A DNA stretch of 64,000 nucleotides from an uncultured Alistipes sp. (GCA_947364365.1 CANASP010000011.1:7354-71353); one strand, 5' to 3'. Shown: positions 1 through 10,959, numbered from the stretch's first letter. Notes: generated by a model not told the origin, from the letters alone. A program made the numbers and translations.

Positions 1-288
1 GCCGAACAGGCCGAACGAATCGTCGACCAGCCACATGCCGATCCGCGCGCCGACCCAGCCGCAGAGGTTCTCGGGTTCGACGCCCAGCGTCGCCCGCTCC
101 TCGGACGAGAGCAGGAGACCGCTCTGGTCGCCGGCCCAGCAGAAGTAGGAGAAAAAGACCGCGAAAGCGGCGAAAAGCCCCGTGAAGAAGAGCACGAGGC
201 CGCCGATCCAGCGGGCGCTGTCGCCGTTGGAACGCGAGACGGACGGCCGGCTGTCGGATGAGGCGGAACTGCTATTTCGGGTTGCCAT
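1..288 (-). CDS. ftsK: DNA translocase FtsK, N-terminal membrane region (partial, runs off window start)
   Basis: Manual translation from ATG at 288: MATRNSSS...RWIGGLVLFFTGLFAAFAVFFSYFCWAGDQS...ENLCGWVGARIGMWLVDDSFGLFG. This resembles the FtsK 4TM N-terminus (W..DQS; N.xG..GA; FG). Minus-strand TACCTTTG -7 box at 311-318. Confidence 0.75.
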   Translation of the reverse strand, partial: MATRNSSSASSDSRPSVSRSNGDSARWIGGLVLFFTGLFAAFAVFFSYFCWAGDQSGLLLSSEERATLGVEPENLCGWVGARIGMWLVDDSFGLFG

Positions 289-442
289 CGTATGCAGGAA
301 GATTTACCTGCAAAGGTACGCAAATTCCCGGACAAATGGGAATCGGGCCCCCTAAAATCGCAATGCGGGCCTCAACGCGCTGAAACACACGAACGAGCGG
401 AACCGCGGCAGCGCCGCAGACCAAAAAGACGAGGATAAGGAA

Positions 443-1240
443 CTAAAGGTCAAATGGAAACGGCTGCCGGGCGAACGCCTTCGCTTCGAGCCGGAGGCGG
501 TAAGCCTCGTCGGCGAAGGTGTGGAAGGCATAGGACGGACGGTGGTCGGGCGCACAACGCAGATCGCCCGCGTCGAGCAGCTGGACGACGCGGCGCGCGA
601 CGGCAGGAGACGGATCGACGATCGTCACGCCGCGTCCGGCGACGACACGGCGCAACACGGGAATGAGAAACGGATAGTGGGTACACCCCAGCACGATCTG
701 ATCGGCACCTCGCGCGAGCATCGGGGCGACGGCCGCGCGGACGGCCCGCTCGGCCTCTGCTGTCGCCTCGCGGTCGCTCTCGACCAGCTCGACGAAACCC
801 CGGCCCGGAGCTGCGACGACCTCGATACCGGCGCCGTAGCGTGCGGCCGTGCGGCGGAACAGATCGCCGTCGAGGCTGCGCTCGGTGGCCAGCACCCCCA
901 CCACCCCGCTGCGTGTGGCCAGGCAGGCGGGTTTCACGGCGGGCTCCATCCCCACGATGGGCAGCGGCGCGTACTTGGCACGCAGGCTGTCGATCGCCGC
1001 CGCCGTCGCCGTGTTGCAGGCCACGACGACCATCTTGCACCCCTCGGCCACGAGCGACGCCACGGCCTCGTCGGCCAGGCGCGCCACCTCCTCGCGCGGA
1101 CGCGACCCGTAGGGGCAGTTCTTGCCGTCGCCCAGGTAGACGAGCGACTCGCAGGGCAACGCACGCCGGATCTCGCGCCAGACCGTAAGTCCGCCGAGAC
1201 CCGAATCGTAAACAGCTATGGGACGGTTGTCCAAGTTCAA
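443..1240 (-). CDS. murI: glutamate racemase
   Basis: DSGLGGLTV, PYGSR, VVACNTAT and VLGCTHYPF motifs; TTG start. Confidence 0.95.
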   Translation of the reverse strand: MNLDNRPIAVYDSGLGGLTVWREIRRALPCESLVYLGDGKNCPYGSRPREEVARLADEAVASLVAEGCKMVVVACNTATAAAIDSLRAKYAPLPIVGMEPAVKPACLATRSGVVGVLATERSLDGDLFRRTAARYGAGIEVVAAPGRGFVELVESDREATAEAERAVRAAVAPMLARGADQIVLGCTHYPFLIPVLRRVVAGRGVTIVDPSPAVARRVVQLLDAGDLRCAPDHRPSYAFHTFADEAYRLRLEAKAFARQPFPFDL

Positions 1241-1292
1241 AGTTGAAAATTACGAATTGAAAATCAAAAGTTCGGGAGCCAGCGGGGGGGGG

Positions 1293-1820
1293 TCAACCGT
1301 TCCGCGTCAGGCGGGCGACGATCCGCTCCACAGCCTCGTCGTCGGAGAGCGCGGAGCAGTCGACAGTCAGCTGCGCGCGGGAGTAGAAGCCCTCGCGTCC
1401 GGCCATGTCGCGCCGCATGAAGTCGACCAGCTCGGCGTCGGAGAGCCCCCGCAGGCGCGGCCGCCGCTGCCGTCCGTAGGGACTCATGCGGGAGGCGATC
1501 GCTTCGGCCTCGCGCCGCAGGTAGACGGTGAGCCCCGCACCGTTCATCCGCTCCATGTTGTCGCGCCACACGGGCAGCCCGCCGCCCGTCGCCACGACGG
1601 CGATGCGCCCCTCGTCGATCACCCGGTCGAGGACCCCGCGCTCGACCTCGCGGAAGCGCGCCTCGCCCTCGTAGCGGAAGATGTCGCAGACCGAGGCCCC
1701 CTCGGCCTGCTCGACCAGACGGTCGGTATCGGCCCACTCCACCCCCAGCCGCCGGGCGATCCGGCGCGCGAAGGTGCTTTTGCCGCACCCCATGTAGCCG
1801 ACCAGGAAGAGCCTCGTCAT
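1293..1820 (-). CDS. aroK: shikimate kinase
   Basis: MTRLFLVGYMGCGKST P-loop, DTD, GEARFRE, VATGGG and RP-L motifs. Start taken at ATG 1820, inside ORF 1293..2183. Confidence 0.93.
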   Translation of the reverse strand: MTRLFLVGYMGCGKSTFARRIARRLGVEWADTDRLVEQAEGASVCDIFRYEGEARFREVERGVLDRVIDEGRIAVVATGGGLPVWRDNMERMNGAGLTVYLRREAEAIASRMSPYGRQRRPRLRGLSDAELVDFMRRDMAGREGFYSRAQLTVDCSALSDDEAVERIVARLTRNG

Positions 1821-1837
1821 CGCCGTAACGTCGCGGA

Positions 1838-4606
1838 TCAGAATAAATCGAGCTGTTCGGGATCGATCGTCTCCTCGTCGGCGGCCGCGCGCTCGATTTC
1901 CATCGGCACGCCGCCCTCGGTCGGAACGCCGGCGGCAACCGCCCCGACCGCACCCTCCGGCGCCTCGTCGGCCGCATCGGCCGGTTCGGGCTCGGGCTCG
2001 GCAGGCAACTCGGGTTCGATGAAGCGCAACGCGCCGACCTCGTAGGTAGTCAGACGCTTGCCCTTGGCGCGGTGACTCTTGACCCCCACGAACTCGTCGA
2101 CCTCGATCAGATCGGCCGGACGCTGGGCATGGGCCCCCTTGTAGGCGATCTCGAGTTTCGCCCCCGCACGGTCGGTGAGGCAAATCAGCTCGGCCTGCCC
2201 CTCCTCGTCGAGGAACGACTGCAACTTGTCGGTCTGCTCGGCCGTGAAACGCTTCATATAATAGTAGCGCTGCTCGCGGTCGTAATAACAGAGGCTGTAG
2301 ACCCGGCCTGCGGCGTAGCGGTCGACACGCACCGTATCGTCGGGGAAGTGCTGCATCAGGTCGTAGCCCGTGATGTAATACTGGTTTTTCGAGGTCCAGA
2401 CGATCAGCTTGTCGTCGCCCTTGAACTCGCCCAGCAGGCGGCCGCGGCCGTCGGCGTTCAGGCGGCGGACATCCTCGTCGAACCAGATATCCTGCCCGCC
2501 GAGGGTCGACGTGCCGCGCTCCTTCAACACGATCTTGTGGATGCCGTAGCGCGAGAAGAGGTTGCCCTGGCTCTGGCGCCCCTTGATGGCGAGCGTCGAG
2601 AAATCGAGGTCGACGATCACGCGCTTGAGGCGCGGACGGGGCTTGAAGTAGACCTTCAGCACCTCGGCCTCGCCGTTGGGATTGACCGACATGTAGAGGA
2701 TCTCGCTCATGGGCGTCCCTTTGGTGATGTCGTACTCCTTGTCGCGCGTGATGCCCTTGATGGCGCAGCGCTTCATCATGATCGGGCCGTTCTTGCCGTC
2801 GCGGTAGAGGACGTTATAGATCGTGCGCTCGTCGTTGCGCTTGAAGATACCGATGTAATGGATGTTCTTGGCGAAGAAGGCTTTGTCGGAGATGCGGGTG
2901 ATGACGTAGCGCCCCTCCTTCGTGAAGACGATGACGTCGTCGAGGTCCGAGCAGTCGCAGACCCATTCGGCATCCTTCATCGACTTGCCGATACCGAAGA
3001 AACCCTCGGCACGGTCGACGTAGAGCTTGGCGTTGGTCACGGCGACCTTCGACGCCTCGATCGAATCGAACTCGCGCAGCTCGGTGCGGCGCTCGCGCCC
3101 CTTGCCGTACTTGTCGCGGATGCGCTCGTAGTAGGCCACGGCATATTCGGTGAGGTGCTCCAGGTCGTATTTCGTCTTTTCGATATCGGCCTCGATCTGG
3201 CGGATCTCGTTGTCGGCCTTGTCCGAGTCGTAGCGCGAGATGCGGATGAACTTCAGCTCGGTGAGCCGCTGCACGTCGGCGAGCGTCACGGCGCGGCGCA
3301 GGCGCTTCTTGAAGGGCTCCAGCCCCTTGTCGACCGCCTCGTAGGCCTCCTCGCGCGTGCGGCACCCCTCGATGAGCTGGTAGAGCTTGTTCTCGATGAA
3401 GATGCGTTCGAGCGAGGCGGCGTGCCACGCCTCGTTCAACTCGTCGAGACGGATTTCGAGCTCGCGGCCCAGCAGGTATTTCGTGTGGTCGGCCGAGCGG
3501 CGCAGGATCTCGCTCACACCCAGGAAGTGGGGTTTCTCCTCCCAGATGACGCAGGCGTTGGGCGCGATCGACACCTCGCAGTCGGTGAAGGCGTAGAGCG
3601 CATCGATGGTCTTGTCCGACGACTCGTCGGGGGCCACCTGCACGATGATCTCGACCTTGTCGGCCGTATTGTCGTCGACCTTGCGGATCTTGATCTTGCC
3701 CTTTTCGTTGGCCTTGATGATCGACTCCTTGATCGACTCGGTGGTGGTCGTGTAGGGAATCTCGGTGATGGCCAGCGTGCGTTTGTCGATCTTCGAGATG
3801 CGGGCGCGGACCTTGACCGCACCGCCGCGCAGGCCGTCGTTGTAGCGGCTCACGTCGGCCATGCCCCCCGTGGGGAAGTCGGGCCAGAGCTGGAATTCGC
3901 GCCCCTGAAGGTGGGCGATCGCGGCGTTGATGAGCTCCACGAAGTTGTGGGGCAGGATCTTCGATGCCAGGCCCACGGCGATGCCGTCGGCACCCTGGGC
4001 CAGCAGCAGCGGGAACTTGATCGGAAGGGTCACCGGCTCCTCGTTGCGGCCGTCGTAGGAGCGCATCCACTCGGTGGTCTTGCGGTTGAAGACCACGTCG
4101 AGGGCGAACTTCGACAGGCGCGCCTCGATATATCGGCCCGCGGCGGCCTCGTCGCCCGTGAGGATGTTGCCCCAGTTGCCCTGGCAGTCGATCAGCAGAT
4201 CCTTCTGCCCGAGCTGGACCAGCGCGTCCTTGATCGAGGCGTCGCCGTGGGGGTGGTATTGCATGGTCTGCCCCACGATGTTGGCCACCTTGTTGTAGCG
4301 GCCGTCGTCGACCGACTTCATGGCGTGGAGAATACGGCGCTGGACGGGCTTCAGACCGTCCTCGACATGCGGCACGGCGCGCTCGAGGATCACGTAGGAG
4401 GCGTAGTCCAGAAACCAGTTCTTGTACATGCCCGTGAGCCGGCGCACGTTGCCCTCGTCCTGCGTAAGACGGTCGTACTTGCCCGCCCGGGCGGACGGCG
4501 CCGGCGCCGCGGGGGCCTCCGTCGCGGCATCGTCCGTCGTCTCGGGGGTCGAGGCGTCCTCGTTGAAGGCCTCTTCGGGGTTGATTCTATCTTTTTCTTC
4601 CGACAT
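1838..4606 (-). CDS. parC: DNA topoisomerase IV subunit A (Bacteroidetes type)
   Basis: DGLKPVQRRILH, YHPHGDAS and AAAGRYIEARL (catalytic Tyr); adjacent to the B subunit. Confidence 0.92.
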   Translation of the reverse strand: MSEEKDRINPEEAFNEDASTPETTDDAATEAPAAPAPSARAGKYDRLTQDEGNVRRLTGMYKNWFLDYASYVILERAVPHVEDGLKPVQRRILHAMKSVDDGRYNKVANIVGQTMQYHPHGDASIKDALVQLGQKDLLIDCQGNWGNILTGDEAAAGRYIEARLSKFALDVVFNRKTTEWMRSYDGRNEEPVTLPIKFPLLLAQGADGIAVGLASKILPHNFVELINAAIAHLQGREFQLWPDFPTGGMADVSRYNDGLRGGAVKVRARISKIDKRTLAITEIPYTTTTESIKESIIKANEKGKIKIRKVDDNTADKVEIIVQVAPDESSDKTIDALYAFTDCEVSIAPNACVIWEEKPHFLGVSEILRRSADHTKYLLGRELEIRLDELNEAWHAASLERIFIENKLYQLIEGCRTREEAYEAVDKGLEPFKKRLRRAVTLADVQRLTELKFIRISRYDSDKADNEIRQIEADIEKTKYDLEHLTEYAVAYYERIRDKYGKGRERRTELREFDSIEASKVAVTNAKLYVDRAEGFFGIGKSMKDAEWVCDCSDLDDVIVFTKEGRYVITRISDKAFFAKNIHYIGIFKRNDERTIYNVLYRDGKNGPIMMKRCAIKGITRDKEYDITKGTPMSEILYMSVNPNGEAEVLKVYFKPRPRLKRVIVDLDFSTLAIKGRQSQGNLFSRYGIHKIVLKERGTSTLGGQDIWFDEDVRRLNADGRGRLLGEFKGDDKLIVWTSKNQYYITGYDLMQHFPDDTVRVDRYAAGRVYSLCYYDREQRYYYMKRFTAEQTDKLQSFLDEEGQAELICLTDRAGAKLEIAYKGAHAQRPADLIEVDEFVGVKSHRAKGKRLTTYEVGALRFIEPELPAEPEPEPADAADEAPEGAVGAVAAGVPTEGGVPMEIERAAADEETIDPEQLDLF

Positions 4607-4611
4607 ATCGC

Positions 4612-6492
4612 TTAACTGATCCTAAGGTCCTGCTCGACGAGGTCCTCCTCGATACGCAGGTTGTTGATGATGAATCCCTGGCGCTCGAAGGTGTTCTTGC
4701 CCATGTAGAACTCCAGCAGGTCGTGGATCGGGTCGTCCTTCGAGATGCGCACCTTGTCGAGCCGCATGCCCTCGCCGATGAACTCGCGGAACTCGTCGGG
4801 CGAGATCTCGCCCAGACCTTTGAAGCGCGTGATCTCGGCGTTGGCGCCGCAGCGCGCGAGCGCCCGCTGCCGCTCCTCCTCCGAATAGCAGTAGTGGGTC
4901 TCCCGCTTGTTGCGCACGCGGAAGAGCGGCGTCTGGAGGATGTAGAGGTGGCCGCGGCGGATCACCTCGGGGAAGAACTGGAGGAAGAACGAGGTGATGA
5001 GCAGGCGGATGTGCATGCCGTCGACATCGGCATCGGTGGCGATGACGACCTTCTCGTAGCGCAGGTTGTCCATGTCCTCCTCGATATTGAGCGCCGCCTG
5101 GAGGAGGTTGAACTCCTCGTTCTCGTAGACCACCTTTTTCGTCAGGCCGAAGCAGTTGAGCGGCTTTCCGCGCAGCGAGAAGACCGCCTGCGTGCGCACG
5201 TCGCGGCTCTTGGTGATCGACCCCGAAGCCGAATTACCCTCGGTGATGAAGATCATCGACCGCTCGGCCAGCTCGTGGCGGTCGGTGCGGTGGATCTTGC
5301 AGTCGCGCAGCTTCTTGTTGTTGAGCGACACCTTCTTGGCCGTCTCTCGGGCCTTCTTCTGGATGCCCGAGATCGCCTTGCGCTCCTTCTCGTTCTCGAC
5401 GATCTTCTTCTGAAGGATCTGCGCCGTCTCCGAATGTTTGTGGAGGTAGTCGTCGAGGTGCTTGCCGAGGAAGTCGGCGACGAAGTTGTTGACCGAGACG
5501 CCCGGCGTGACCTCCTTCGAGCCGAACTTGGTCTTCATCTGGTTCTCGAAGAGCGGGTCGTCGACCTTGATCGAGATGGCGGCGATGATCGACGTGCGGA
5601 TGTCCGAAGGATCGTAGTCCTTGTGATAGAACTCCTTGAGCGTCTTGGCCACGGCCGCGCGCAGCGCCGTCTGGTGCGTACCGCCCTGGGTGGTGTGCTG
5701 GCCGTTGACGAACGAGTCGTAGCTCTCGCCGTAGCCCGTGCCGTGGGTGATCACCACCTCGATGTCGTCGCCCGCGAGGTGGATGGGCGGATAGAGCGGC
5801 TCCTCGGTCATCGTGTCGTTGACCAGGTCGAGCAGGCCGTTCTTCGACACGAAGCTGCGGCCGTTGAGCGTCAGCGTCAGACCGAGGTTCAGATAGCTGT
5901 AGTTGCGGATCTTCTGCTCGACATACTCCATGTTGTAGTCGTAGGGGCCGAAGACCTCCTCGTCGACGCGGTAGGAGATGAAGGTGCCGTTCTTCTCGTC
6001 GACGCCGCTCTCCCAGCGGTCGCTCACCTCCAGCCCCTGGGCGAAGGTCACCGTGCGAGCCTCGCCGTCGCGCACCGAGCGGGCGGTGAACTCGCTCGAA
6101 AGCATGTTGACCGCCTTGACGCCCACACCGTTGAGACCCACCGTCTTCTTGAAGGCCGAGCCGCCGTACTTGCCGCCCGTGTTCATCTGCCCCACGGCCG
6201 CCGCGAGCGACTTGAGGGGGATGCCGCGACCGTAGTCGCGCACCGAAACGACCTTGTCCCGGATGGTGATGTCGATGCGCTTGCCCGCGCCCATGATGAA
6301 CTCGTCGATCGAGTTGTCGACGACCTCCTTGATCAGCACGTAAAGCGCTTCGTCGGGTTGCGAACCGTCGCCGACGACACCCACGTACATACCCGGGCGC
6401 AGGCGGATGTGCTCGCGCGGGGAGAGGGTGACGATGGCGTCGTCGTCGTAGCTGCCCGTAACGGGATTCTTATTATCGAGTAAATCTGCCAT
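4612..6492 (-). CDS. parE: DNA topoisomerase IV subunit B
   Basis: [25 protein letters not shown] (GHKL); TEGNSA, LRGK, TDADVDG (TOPRIM); RFKGLGE. Confidence 0.92.
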   Translation of the reverse strand: MADLLDNKNPVTGSYDDDAIVTLSPREHIRLRPGMYVGVVGDGSQPDEALYVLIKEVVDNSIDEFIMGAGKRIDITIRDKVVSVRDYGRGIPLKSLAAAVGQMNTGGKYGGSAFKKTVGLNGVGVKAVNMLSSEFTARSVRDGEARTVTFAQGLEVSDRWESGVDEKNGTFISYRVDEEVFGPYDYNMEYVEQKIRNYSYLNLGLTLTLNGRSFVSKNGLLDLVNDTMTEEPLYPPIHLAGDDIEVVITHGTGYGESYDSFVNGQHTTQGGTHQTALRAAVAKTLKEFYHKDYDPSDIRTSIIAAISIKVDDPLFENQMKTKFGSKEVTPGVSVNNFVADFLGKHLDDYLHKHSETAQILQKKIVENEKERKAISGIQKKARETAKKVSLNNKKLRDCKIHRTDRHELAERSMIFITEGNSASGSITKSRDVRTQAVFSLRGKPLNCFGLTKKVVYENEEFNLLQAALNIEEDMDNLRYEKVVIATDADVDGMHIRLLITSFFLQFFPEVIRRGHLYILQTPLFRVRNKRETHYCYSEEERQRALARCGANAEITRFKGLGEISPDEFREFIGEGMRLDKVRISKDDPIHDLLEFYMGKNTFERQGFIINNLRIEEDLVEQDLRIS

Positions 6493-6495
6493 AGC

Positions 6496-7236
6496 TTATT
6501 CGCTTTTCGCCGCTTCGCTTCGGATTGCGGCCAGTTCCCTGCACATCGCCTCGCGCGTGCGGTCCATCAAATCGTGCACCTCGCACGCCGCGACCTCGGC
6601 GGCCGGAACGGGGGGCAGCACGCGGATACGGATGCGGTTGCGCCAGTTGAACAGGCGGTTTTTGCCGATGAGCGTCCGCGTGCCCTCCATCACCACGGGC
6701 AGGACCGGCACCCCGAGCTCCTTGGCCAGCAGGAAGGCACCCGCCTTGAAACGGTGGATTTCGCCGTCCTTCGAACGCGTGCCTTCGGGGAAGATCGCCA
6801 CCGAAGCGCCGCGGTCGACCCACTTGCGCCCCTCGCGCAACAGCTGCGCCATCGCCTCGGAACCGCGACCGCGGTCAATGCAGATGTCGCCGTGCAGGAT
6901 GAGGAACTGCCCGAAGAAGGGGACGCGGAACACCTCGCGCTTCGAGACCCAGCGGAAATTGAGCGGCAGGTAGTAGAGCGTAGGGATGTCGACGCCCGAA
7001 TTGTGGTTGAGCACGATGACGTAGGGCTGCCGGCGGTCGACATGCTCCATCCCCTCGACCCGCTGGCGCCAGAAAGGCGGGATCGCGTAGAAAATGCGGA
7101 CCAGGATCCGCGAGAGCTCGTGCACCGTGCGGCGCGCACGGTCAAGCGGCGCGCAGACGACCAGCGCAACGGCCGAAAGCAACAGGAACACGGTGCACAA
7201 CAGCACCAGCAGCAGGTAATAAAGCAGGCTTATCAT
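6496..7236 (-). CDS. plsC: 1-acyl-sn-glycerol-3-phosphate acyltransferase (PlsC family)
   Basis: NHNSGVD (HxxxxD) and FPEGTRS motifs; N-terminal TM segment. Confidence 0.85.
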   Translation of the reverse strand: MISLLYYLLLVLLCTVFLLLSAVALVVCAPLDRARRTVHELSRILVRIFYAIPPFWRQRVEGMEHVDRRQPYVIVLNHNSGVDIPTLYYLPLNFRWVSKREVFRVPFFGQFLILHGDICIDRGRGSEAMAQLLREGRKWVDRGASVAIFPEGTRSKDGEIHRFKAGAFLLAKELGVPVLPVVMEGTRTLIGKNRLFNWRNRIRIRVLPPVPAAEVAACEVHDLMDRTREAMCRELAAIRSEAAKSE

Positions 7237-7263
7237 CGTCGGCGAGGAATGGATTCAATCATG

Positions 7264-7271
7264 CAAAATTA
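7264..7271 (-). promoter_or_regulatory. Bacteroidetes -7 promoter box for the plsC-parE-parC-aroK-murI run
   Basis: TAATTTTG on the minus strand about 30 nt upstream of plsC; matches TAnnTTTG. Confidence 0.55.
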
Positions 7272-7488
7272 AGCATTTTTTACGAATTAACCCGAATTTG
7301 CCACCCGCGAATTTTCAACACCGCCCCCGGAGCACCGCGCGCATCCCCGCTCCGGCCGGCTGCGAAGGCATCTCCGAAGGGCGGTCCGCAGCCGGGTATC
7401 GCGCATAAGGAACTACGCGCGACCGACCATCTGTTTACAGCCTATATATATCGGTATGAAAAATTTTCTCAAAATAATACTACTATGT

Positions 7489-7521
7489 TTTGCATAATAT
7501 AAATTAAAATAAATATATTTG
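7489..7521 (+). promoter_or_regulatory. Bacteroidetes sigma70-type promoter (-33 TTTG, -7 TATATTTG)
   Basis: TTTG 7489-7492, 21-nt spacer, TATATTTG 7514-7521, upstream of ATG 7570. Confidence 0.7.
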
Positions 7522-7569
7522 CATCGTGAAATAGCAACAAACGCAAGCATAACTACAAAACCCAATAGT

Positions 7570-9945
7570 ATGAAACGAATTGTTCTCCTTCTCGTCATTC
7601 TCGCAACGATCGCCGCCCAAGCCTCGGCGGCGCGGCTCTGCCCCGCCACGGGACGCGTGGTCGACAACCGGGGCGCAGGCGTGGGCTATGCCTCGGTGGT
7701 GCTGCTGCGCGGCACGGAGCAGGCGGCCGGCATGTCGACCGACGAAAACGGCCGTTTCGAGCTGAAAGTCCCGGCCGGCGAATACACGTTGCAGGTGCAG
7801 TTTCTCGGCTACGAGACGGTGAAACGCCCCATCCGGGTCGAAGAGCACAACGACCTGGGCGACATAGTCCTGGAGCCATCGGCGACCGACATCGAGGGGG
7901 TCGTGGTCGAGGCGCAGCTCATCCGTCGCGAGGCCGACCGCTTCGTGGTCGACGTGGCCAACTCCCCCGCGGCGATCGGCAAGGACGGCATCGAGCTGCT
8001 CGAACGCGCCCCGGGCGTGTGGATCAGCGACGACAAGATCACCATCAACGGCAAGTCGGGATCGAAGGTCTACGTCAACGACCGCGAGCTGCGCATGTCG
8101 TCCGAGCAGCTGCTCACCTACCTGCGCTCGCTGCGCGCCGAAGAGATCCAGAAGATCGAGGTGGTGCCGACGACCGGCGCCGACTACGACGCCGACTCGG
8201 CGGGCGGCATCATCAAGATCACGCTCAAGAAGCGCCGTGAGAACGGCATGCAGGGGGCTGTTTCGCTGCGCACCAACCAGAGCCGTTTCCAGAACATCTA
8301 CGTGCCGGCCGGCGACATCGCCTACCACCGGAACCGGCTCGACCTCGGGTTCTCGGGCTGGGGCTACCTGGGCGACGGCGACATGGAGTCCGACGAGGTG
8401 ACCCGCTACACGCAGTCGGAAAAGAGCCTCCGGGCCCACTCGAAAAACAACGGAACGGGATGCCGCAACGGCGGTCTGCGGGCCAACGCCGTCTACGAGC
8501 TGAACGACCGCCACAGCATCGGCGCGGAGTTCGCCTACCAGCACCGCAACGACCCTTCGGAAACCCGCACCGCGACCGGCATGACCGAGGCGGCGGCGAC
8601 CACGACGACCGAAAGCCGCTACCTGACGCACAACCGGGCCAACGACTACGGCGCGATGTTCAACTACATCTGGAAGATCGACACGCTGGGGTCGACGCTC
8701 AAGGTGCTGGGCGACTACTCCCACCGGGCGGGGACCACCGGCAACGACAACACGAGCCGCATCACGCCGCCCGCGCCGGCCGCAGCCGTCGACTCGCTCT
8801 ACCGCGACAACACCCGCAGCGTCTACGACGTCGCCGCAGTGACGCTGGCCCTCGAAAAGCACTTCTCGCCCGCATGGGGCGTGAAGGCCGGCGCCAAATA
8901 CACGCACAACGACATGCGTAACGACGCGCTCTACGAATACGCGAAAGACGAAGCCTGGATAAGGAACGACGCGCAGAGCTTCGAGGTCAACTACACGGAG
9001 AACATCGCGGCCTTCTACGGCATCCTCACGGCCAACGTCGGACGCTGGGGTCTGGTGGCAGGCCTGCGCGGCGAGTACACCGCGACGCACGGCCGCCGCA
9101 GCGACGTCGGACAGAACTACTTCTCGCTCTTCCCCAACGCCAACGTCTCCTACCGGCTCACGGAAGACGGCGCCTACTCGATCATCGCGCAGTATGCCCG
9201 CACGCTCAAACGGCCCAATTTCTGGAGCCTCACGCCGCAGCGCCTGCAGGTGTCGGACTACTCCTACCAGATCGGCAACCCCGAGCTCGACCCCTCCTAC
9301 CGCAACGACGCGAGCCTGACGCTGGTGATGAAGCACAAATACACGCTGACGGCCGGCGTGATCGTAGAGACCGACGAGATCAACCAGACGATCCTGGCCG
9401 ACGAGGACAATCCCGACATGCTCGGCATCTGGTGGGTCAACTTCGACCGCACGCGGAGCTACTACCTGGCGGCCAACCTGCCGCTGCAACCCGCGAAGTG
9501 GTGGCAGCTCAACATCGGCGCCAACTACATCCGCCAGGGCCAGCGGCTCGACCAGCACGCCGCGGAGTCGTTCCAGAACATCGTCTTCGCCAACGCCTCG
9601 TCGACCTTCACCCTTCCGGCGAAATTCTACGTCGACCTGTCGTACCAATTCCAGAGCGACATGCGGTTCGGAAACGCCACGCTCAAGGCGAGCCACCGCC
9701 TCAACGCCAGCCTCAAGAAACGCTTCGGCGAGCGCTTCACGGCATCGTTCTCGGTCACGAACCTGCTCAACCGGAGCCAGGTCTTCACCGCCGACGACAA
9801 GGCGTTCCGCCGCACCGTAACGATGCGGGACAACTGGAACAACCGCTCCTACTCGGTGAGCGTGAGCTACCACTTCAAGGCGGGCAAGGCCTTCCGCAGC
9901 AAGAACGTGGAGAGCGCCGCAGCCGAGGACAAGGGCCGCATGTAG
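7570..9945 (+). CDS. TonB-dependent receptor-like outer-membrane beta-barrel protein
   Basis: Signal peptide, carboxypeptidase-regulatory-like N-domain, plug motif (LLERAPGV...IQKIEVV...YDADSAGGIIKITLKK), GNPELDP and a C-terminal amphipathic beta strand. Confidence 0.85.
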   Translation: MKRIVLLLVILATIAAQASAARLCPATGRVVDNRGAGVGYASVVLLRGTEQAAGMSTDENGRFELKVPAGEYTLQVQFLGYETVKRPIRVEEHNDLGDIVLEPSATDIEGVVVEAQLIRREADRFVVDVANSPAAIGKDGIELLERAPGVWISDDKITINGKSGSKVYVNDRELRMSSEQLLTYLRSLRAEEIQKIEVVPTTGADYDADSAGGIIKITLKKRRENGMQGAVSLRTNQSRFQNIYVPAGDIAYHRNRLDLGFSGWGYLGDGDMESDEVTRYTQSEKSLRAHSKNNGTGCRNGGLRANAVYELNDRHSIGAEFAYQHRNDPSETRTATGMTEAAATTTTESRYLTHNRANDYGAMFNYIWKIDTLGSTLKVLGDYSHRAGTTGNDNTSRITPPAPAAAVDSLYRDNTRSVYDVAAVTLALEKHFSPAWGVKAGAKYTHNDMRNDALYEYAKDEAWIRNDAQSFEVNYTENIAAFYGILTANVGRWGLVAGLRGEYTATHGRRSDVGQNYFSLFPNANVSYRLTEDGAYSIIAQYARTLKRPNFWSLTPQRLQVSDYSYQIGNPELDPSYRNDASLTLVMKHKYTLTAGVIVETDEINQTILADEDNPDMLGIWWVNFDRTRSYYLAANLPLQPAKWWQLNIGANYIRQGQRLDQHAAESFQNIVFANASSTFTLPAKFYVDLSYQFQSDMRFGNATLKASHRLNASLKKRFGERFTASFSVTNLLNRSQVFTADDKAFRRTVTMRDNWNNRSYSVSVSYHFKAGKAFRSKNVESAAAEDKGRM

Positions 9946-9960
9946 ACACGAAACGCAACG

Positions 9961-9998
9961 AAAAGGGAGCGCCCCGACCATATCGGAGCGCTCCCTTT
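9961..9998. terminator. probable bidirectional intrinsic terminator
   Basis: AAAAGGGAGCGC...GCGCTCCCTTT hairpin between convergent genes. Confidence 0.75.
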
Positions 9999-10021
9999 AC
10001 ATATACCGCACGACGACGGCC

Positions 10022-10957
10022 TCAACGCGCCCGGCGCAGCCGGTGCGGCAGATGCGGCAAATGCGGCAAATGCAGCAGGCCCACCAGCTGCCGGCCCGCG
10101 ACGACCAGCGACACGGCTGCGAGGATCAGCGCGACGCCCGTGACGATGCGCGGCGTGAGCGCCTCGCCGAAAACCACGACGCCGAAAAACAGGGCCGTGA
10201 CGGGCTCCAGCGCTCCGAGGATCGCCGTGGGAGTCGACCCAATGCGGTGGATCGCCGCGGCCATCGCAACGAGCGAGAGGATCGTGGGGAACAGAGCCAG
10301 CGACACGGCGTTGATCCAGAGCGCAGGGGTCGGGAGGGGTTGCAGATCGGCGCCGAAGCGCAGGCGCACCAGATAGATGCTCGAACCGAACAGCAGGGCG
10401 TAGAAGGTGAGCTTCTCGGTGGGAAACGCGGCCAGCGACGAGCGGTTGACCCCCACGATGTAGATCGCATAGCACAACGACGAGAGGAAAACCAGCACGA
10501 CGCCCAGCGTGCTGAGCGTCTGCCCGTCGCCGCCCCGGTAGAGCAGCGCGATGCCGCCCAGTGCCAGGACGATCGACAGCGCCGTCGCGGGCGACGTCCG
10601 CTCGTGGAATCCCACCGCCATGATGACCGCCACCAGGAGCGGATAGAGGAACAACAACGTCGAGGCGATGCCCGCATCCATGTGGCGGTAGCTCTGGAAG
10701 AGAAAGAGCGACGAGCAGGAGAAGAGCAGCCCCATCACGGCCAGCGGCAAGATCTCGCGCCGGCGGACGGCGAACGACTGCCGCCGGACGACCATCAGCC
10801 CCGCCATGAGGCCGACGGCGAGCAGGTAGCGGTAGAAAAGCACCGAATCGGTGGTGAGCCCCGCCTCGTAGAGCGGCAGGGCGAAGAGCGGATTGAGGCC
10901 GTAGAAGGCCGCGGCTACCGCACCCAGGAGGTAGCCGTTGCGTCGCGAACGTTCCAT
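10022..10957 (-). CDS. DMT/EamA family transporter
   Basis: About 10 TM segments; GIASTLLFLYP and ILGALEPVTA motifs. Confidence 0.88.
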   Translation of the reverse strand: MERSRRNGYLLGAVAAAFYGLNPLFALPLYEAGLTTDSVLFYRYLLAVGLMAGLMVVRRQSFAVRRREILPLAVMGLLFSCSSLFLFQSYRHMDAGIASTLLFLYPLLVAVIMAVGFHERTSPATALSIVLALGGIALLYRGGDGQTLSTLGVVLVFLSSLCYAIYIVGVNRSSLAAFPTEKLTFYALLFGSSIYLVRLRFGADLQPLPTPALWINAVSLALFPTILSLVAMAAAIHRIGSTPTAILGALEPVTALFFGVVVFGEALTPRIVTGVALILAAVSLVVAGRQLVGLLHLPHLPHLPHRLRRAR

Positions 10958-10959
10958 CG

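Noticed and set aside
1284-1292. G9 tract between aroK and murI
   Set aside because: Lies just outside the aroK stop and not within a recognisable promoter spacer, so no evident switching effect.
7320-7410. CCGGCTGCG...CGCAGCCGG hairpin resembling part of the 180-bp repeat
   Set aside because: Only a 9-bp GC-rich match and the other blocks are absent, so it could be chance.
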